From the IMG/VR virus record IMGVR_UViG_2737471850_000005: a DNA stretch of 9,461 bases; one strand, 5' to 3'. A model generated the notes under the pieces. It was not told the origin of the DNA, did no database searches, and saw only the letters and a list, made by a program, of their open reading frames with translations. The first letter of the stretch is position 1, and every line of letters begins with the position of its first letter. Both the position numbers and the translations under genes were made by a program. Below are positions 7,488 through 9,461 of this stretch, one piece after another. The DNA is from a virus (taxonomy: Duplodnaviria > Heunggongvirae > Uroviricota > Caudoviricetes).

Positions 7488-7820
7488 TCAGTGCCACCTC
7501 CTGTGCTGCATCAGTAGTGCTTCAACTCCAAGCGGTAGCTCAGAAGTAATATTTCCGACATTGACTGCTTCCCGGTTTGCGTACCAGTGACCGATAAGAA
7601 GCAGCATTGCCGCCCATATGCCGGAAGTGAAAAGGATCTCACGTGGCGGCATTTCCCCTTCCACTGGCGGCGTCAACGACTCCACCAGCGTGCCGTCGCA
7701 GAATTTCTCAACATAATCGACGGCAGCCGATGCGTAGGCCGCAATAAGAGAATCTTCGGCGTCGCTATCAACCCTCAGATGCGTCTTTATCTGCGCCATC
7801 TGCTCCGCGCTTATTTCCAC
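7488..7820 (-). CDS. head-tail connector protein (HK97 gp6-like)
   Basis: 110-aa protein with N-terminal ...QIKTHLRVDSDAEDSLIAAYASAAVDYVE and central LLLIGHWYANRE blocks typical of the gp6-like connector family; lies downstream of the capsid gene as in HK97-like head modules. Start is GTG at 7820 (alternative ATG at 7799). Confidence 0.7.
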   Translation of the reverse strand: MEISAEQMAQIKTHLRVDSDAEDSLIAAYASAAVDYVEKFCDGTLVESLTPPVEGEMPPREILFTSGIWAAMLLLIGHWYANREAVNVGNITSELPLGVEALLMQHRRWH

Positions 7821-8010
7821 CTTTACCCCCGGTTTTGGCTTTTACAGGCTGTTCAGGATCGGAGGTTTTCGCCTTTTCGGGATCAACCTCTTCGGCCAGG
7901 TGCAGTTTTACCAGCGCTTCGCCGATTTCTTTCTTCACTACGCGGGTTTCGCCCTGGGATACTGTACCCAGGTGATAATGCGAGAACATACGAAGAGCTT
8001 TAATTTTCAT
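7768..8010 (-). CDS. hypothetical small protein between capsid and connector genes
   Basis: 80-aa ORF with enterobacterial-like codon usage in its non-overlapping part, but no obvious SD; its 3' end overlaps the connector start by about 50 nt in another frame. No family recognised. Confidence 0.35.
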   Translation of the reverse strand: MKIKALRMFSHYHLGTVSQGETRVVKKEIGEALVKLHLAEEVDPEKAKTSDPEQPVKAKTGGKGGNKRGADGADKDASEG

Positions 8011-8017
8011 ACATTAA

Positions 8018-8039
8018 ACGCGGCCATTGCTGACCGCGT
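8018..8039 (-). terminator. stem-loop immediately downstream of the major capsid gene, possible partial terminator/attenuator
   Basis: On the minus-strand transcript: ACGCGG-ucagcaaugg-CCGCGU followed by UUUAAUGU; 6-bp GC stem with a 10-nt loop and a weak U-run. Confidence 0.35.
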
Positions 8040-8046
8040 CCTCCTG

Positions 8047-9210
8047 TCAGGAGCCAGCAGAAACCGCAATATCGCCAGTGACGATAGCTGCAGGACGATA
8101 GTGCGCCAGCGCCAGGCGTTCTTCGCACAGGATGGTCAGCATGTTTTTAACGAAGTTATCGCGATCCTGGTTGCTGATCTCGATAGTGGCATCCATGCGG
8201 TCCCACACCTGCGATGCCAGACCAAACGCACCAACGGTAAATTTGCCTGCCGTCTGCGCCGTGGTCGAAACTACCGGCAGACCCCAGAGCACTTTGGAGG
8301 CAAAGGCCTGTGGGCCGCCAAGGATGTAATTGCCGTTAGCATCTTTCAGCAGCGCGATACGGTGCCAGTCCGCCGGGTTGAGAATGATACCGTCGGCTTC
8401 AAACTCGCTCAGCGACACCTGATAGATTGCATGCGCCAGAACATCAGCACCGGTATCTCCGGTCGCGTTGAGTGCAGTTTCGTAGTCGTTCGCCACCACG
8501 TTCAGCCCCTGGAGGTTGTCGCCGGTGCCATCACCGTTCAGCATCTGGTTTTCTTCCACCAGCGCCAGGCCATACATCATGCGGGAGTTGATGTAGGACT
8601 GCAGTGCCGGGGCATCGTCCATGATCTGGCGCGACGCCTGGATCCAGTGAGCGATGGTTTTCACGTTCGCCGTTTCTTTGGTGAAGGTAATGTTACTTTC
8701 CGGCTTGAGGGTACCTTCCGCCACTGGCGCCGCGGCGTTGGTAAACACATTTTCACGCACGTATTCAAGCGCGTTACTGGTGATGCGCCCCTGCGCCAGC
8801 AGGTCACGTACGGTCAGGCGACGCAGGCCCGGCATAAGGATACCCGGTTGCTGCTGCGGCAGAACCAGTGCGCCGGCGGAGTTCGCGCCAGAGCCGATCG
8901 CTTTGTCGAAGCTGGTCACTTTCGCTTTGGTACGTGAGCCGTCCCAGCCTTTCATCAGGTCTTCGGACACGCGTTCTGCAAAGGATTTCTGGGCGGTCTG
9001 TTCAGGCGAGTTGCCAGCCAGCTTCTGCTCAAGATCGAACAGTCGAGTGCCGGTGGCTTTCAGCTCATCCTGGGCTTTCGCCAGGTCGGTCTGCAGCTGC
9101 TTGTTGATTTCGCCGTTCTGGTTGATGGATTTACGCTGTTCCTCGATAAGCTCCTTCACTTCTTTCTGGGAGTTCTCGATCGCTTTTTCCAGGGTTGCTA
9201 ATTCAGACAT
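8047..9210 (-). CDS. major capsid protein, HK97 gp5 family
   Basis: 387-aa protein whose sequence is nearly collinear with HK97 gp5 (385 aa) as I recall it: MSELA...GTRLFDLEQKLA...PGLRRLTIRDLLAQGR...NALEYVRE...LKPES...LNGDGTGDNL...DRDNFVKNMLTILCEERLALAHYRP. GGAG SD upstream. Confidence 0.95.
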   Translation of the reverse strand: MSELATLEKAIENSQKEVKELIEEQRKSINQNGEINKQLQTDLAKAQDELKATGTRLFDLEQKLAGNSPEQTAQKSFAERVSEDLMKGWDGSRTKAKVTSFDKAIGSGANSAGALVLPQQQPGILMPGLRRLTVRDLLAQGRITSNALEYVRENVFTNAAAPVAEGTLKPESNITFTKETANVKTIAHWIQASRQIMDDAPALQSYINSRMMYGLALVEENQMLNGDGTGDNLQGLNVVANDYETALNATGDTGADVLAHAIYQVSLSEFEADGIILNPADWHRIALLKDANGNYILGGPQAFASKVLWGLPVVSTTAQTAGKFTVGAFGLASQVWDRMDATIEISNQDRDNFVKNMLTILCEERLALAHYRPAAIVTGDIAVSAGS

Positions 9211-9221
9211 GTTTTGCTCCG

Positions 9222-9461
9222 TTAGGGATTCCGCAGGTTAGCGGCAAAGGAAGTTATGCGCTGTGCCAGCGCGTCAATGTCGCCGCCGCCGAACTCGCTT
9301 CGGCCTGCGGACTTCACGCGGGCGATAAACGCCTGCGCTTCAGCACGCGTAAGGCCGACTGAATCCCTCAGCCAGGCCTCCGCGTCACGAATGGTTTTAA
9401 TGCCGTCAATGCTCTTCATGGCGGTTACGCCCGCCAGTTCGTTGGCCGGGAATGTGCAGAC
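9222..9461 (-). CDS. 3' end of the gene upstream of the capsid gene, probably prohead maturation protease (partial; continues beyond the window)
   Basis: The reading frame stays open from 9222 to the window edge at 9461 (the track ORF starts at an internal Met at 9419). Position immediately upstream of an HK97-type capsid gene is where the prohead protease sits in HK97-like modules. The fragment itself has no motif I can recognise. Confidence 0.45.
   Translation of the reverse strand, partial: VCTFPANELAGVTAMKSIDGIKTIRDAEAWLRDSVGLTRAEAQAFIARVKSAGRSEFGGGDIDALAQRITSFAANLRNP

Noticed and set aside
7306-7497. Track ORF 7306..7497 (-) as the gene following the connector
   Set aside because: Its product is low-complexity and rare-codon-rich; the overlapping 59-aa frame (7248..7427) looks more protein-like. 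Kept only as an alternative in the findings.
7587-9241. Plus-strand ORFs (7587..8003, 7900..8937, 8132..8329, 8654..9241, 8868..9107) overlapping the capsid and connector genes
   Set aside because: Arg/His/Cys-rich products typical of antisense shadow frames in GC-rich coding DNA; the minus-strand capsid gene is unambiguous.
1-9461. tRNA, rRNA, CRISPR repeats, integrase, attachment sites and IS elements
   Set aside because: No regularly spaced direct repeats, no tRNA-like cloverleaf candidates, and no ORF with integrase or transposase character found by eye; cannot be excluded without computational scanning.

Overview
This window looks like a mosaic enterobacterial prophage region made of three juxtaposed modules. 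(1) Minus strand, 1-601: a near-consensus LexA (SOS) box sits upstream of a two-gene operon, a 79-aa unknown protein followed by a UmuD'-like S24-family protein that starts at the GFPSPA motif. (2) Plus strand, 678-4430: an O-antigen modification cassette of gtrA, gtrB, a GtrC-like serotype-specific membrane glycosyltransferase and an acyltransferase-3 family protein; the last two genes are visibly AT-rich. Converging on it (minus strand, 4476-6914) is an 812-aa tailspike/tail-fibre gene with a C-terminal intramolecular-chaperone (peptidase S74-like) domain, preceded by an intrinsic terminator. (3) Minus strand, 6966-9461: a truncated HK97-like head module with a partial probable prohead protease, a major capsid protein very close to HK97 gp5, a small ORF, a gp6-like head-tail connector, and only a short N-terminal remnant of a head-closure gene; no tail genes lie between this and the tailspike. 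No rRNA, tRNA, CRISPR array or integrase was seen. All identifications rest on reading the translations against remembered family motifs; no database search was run.
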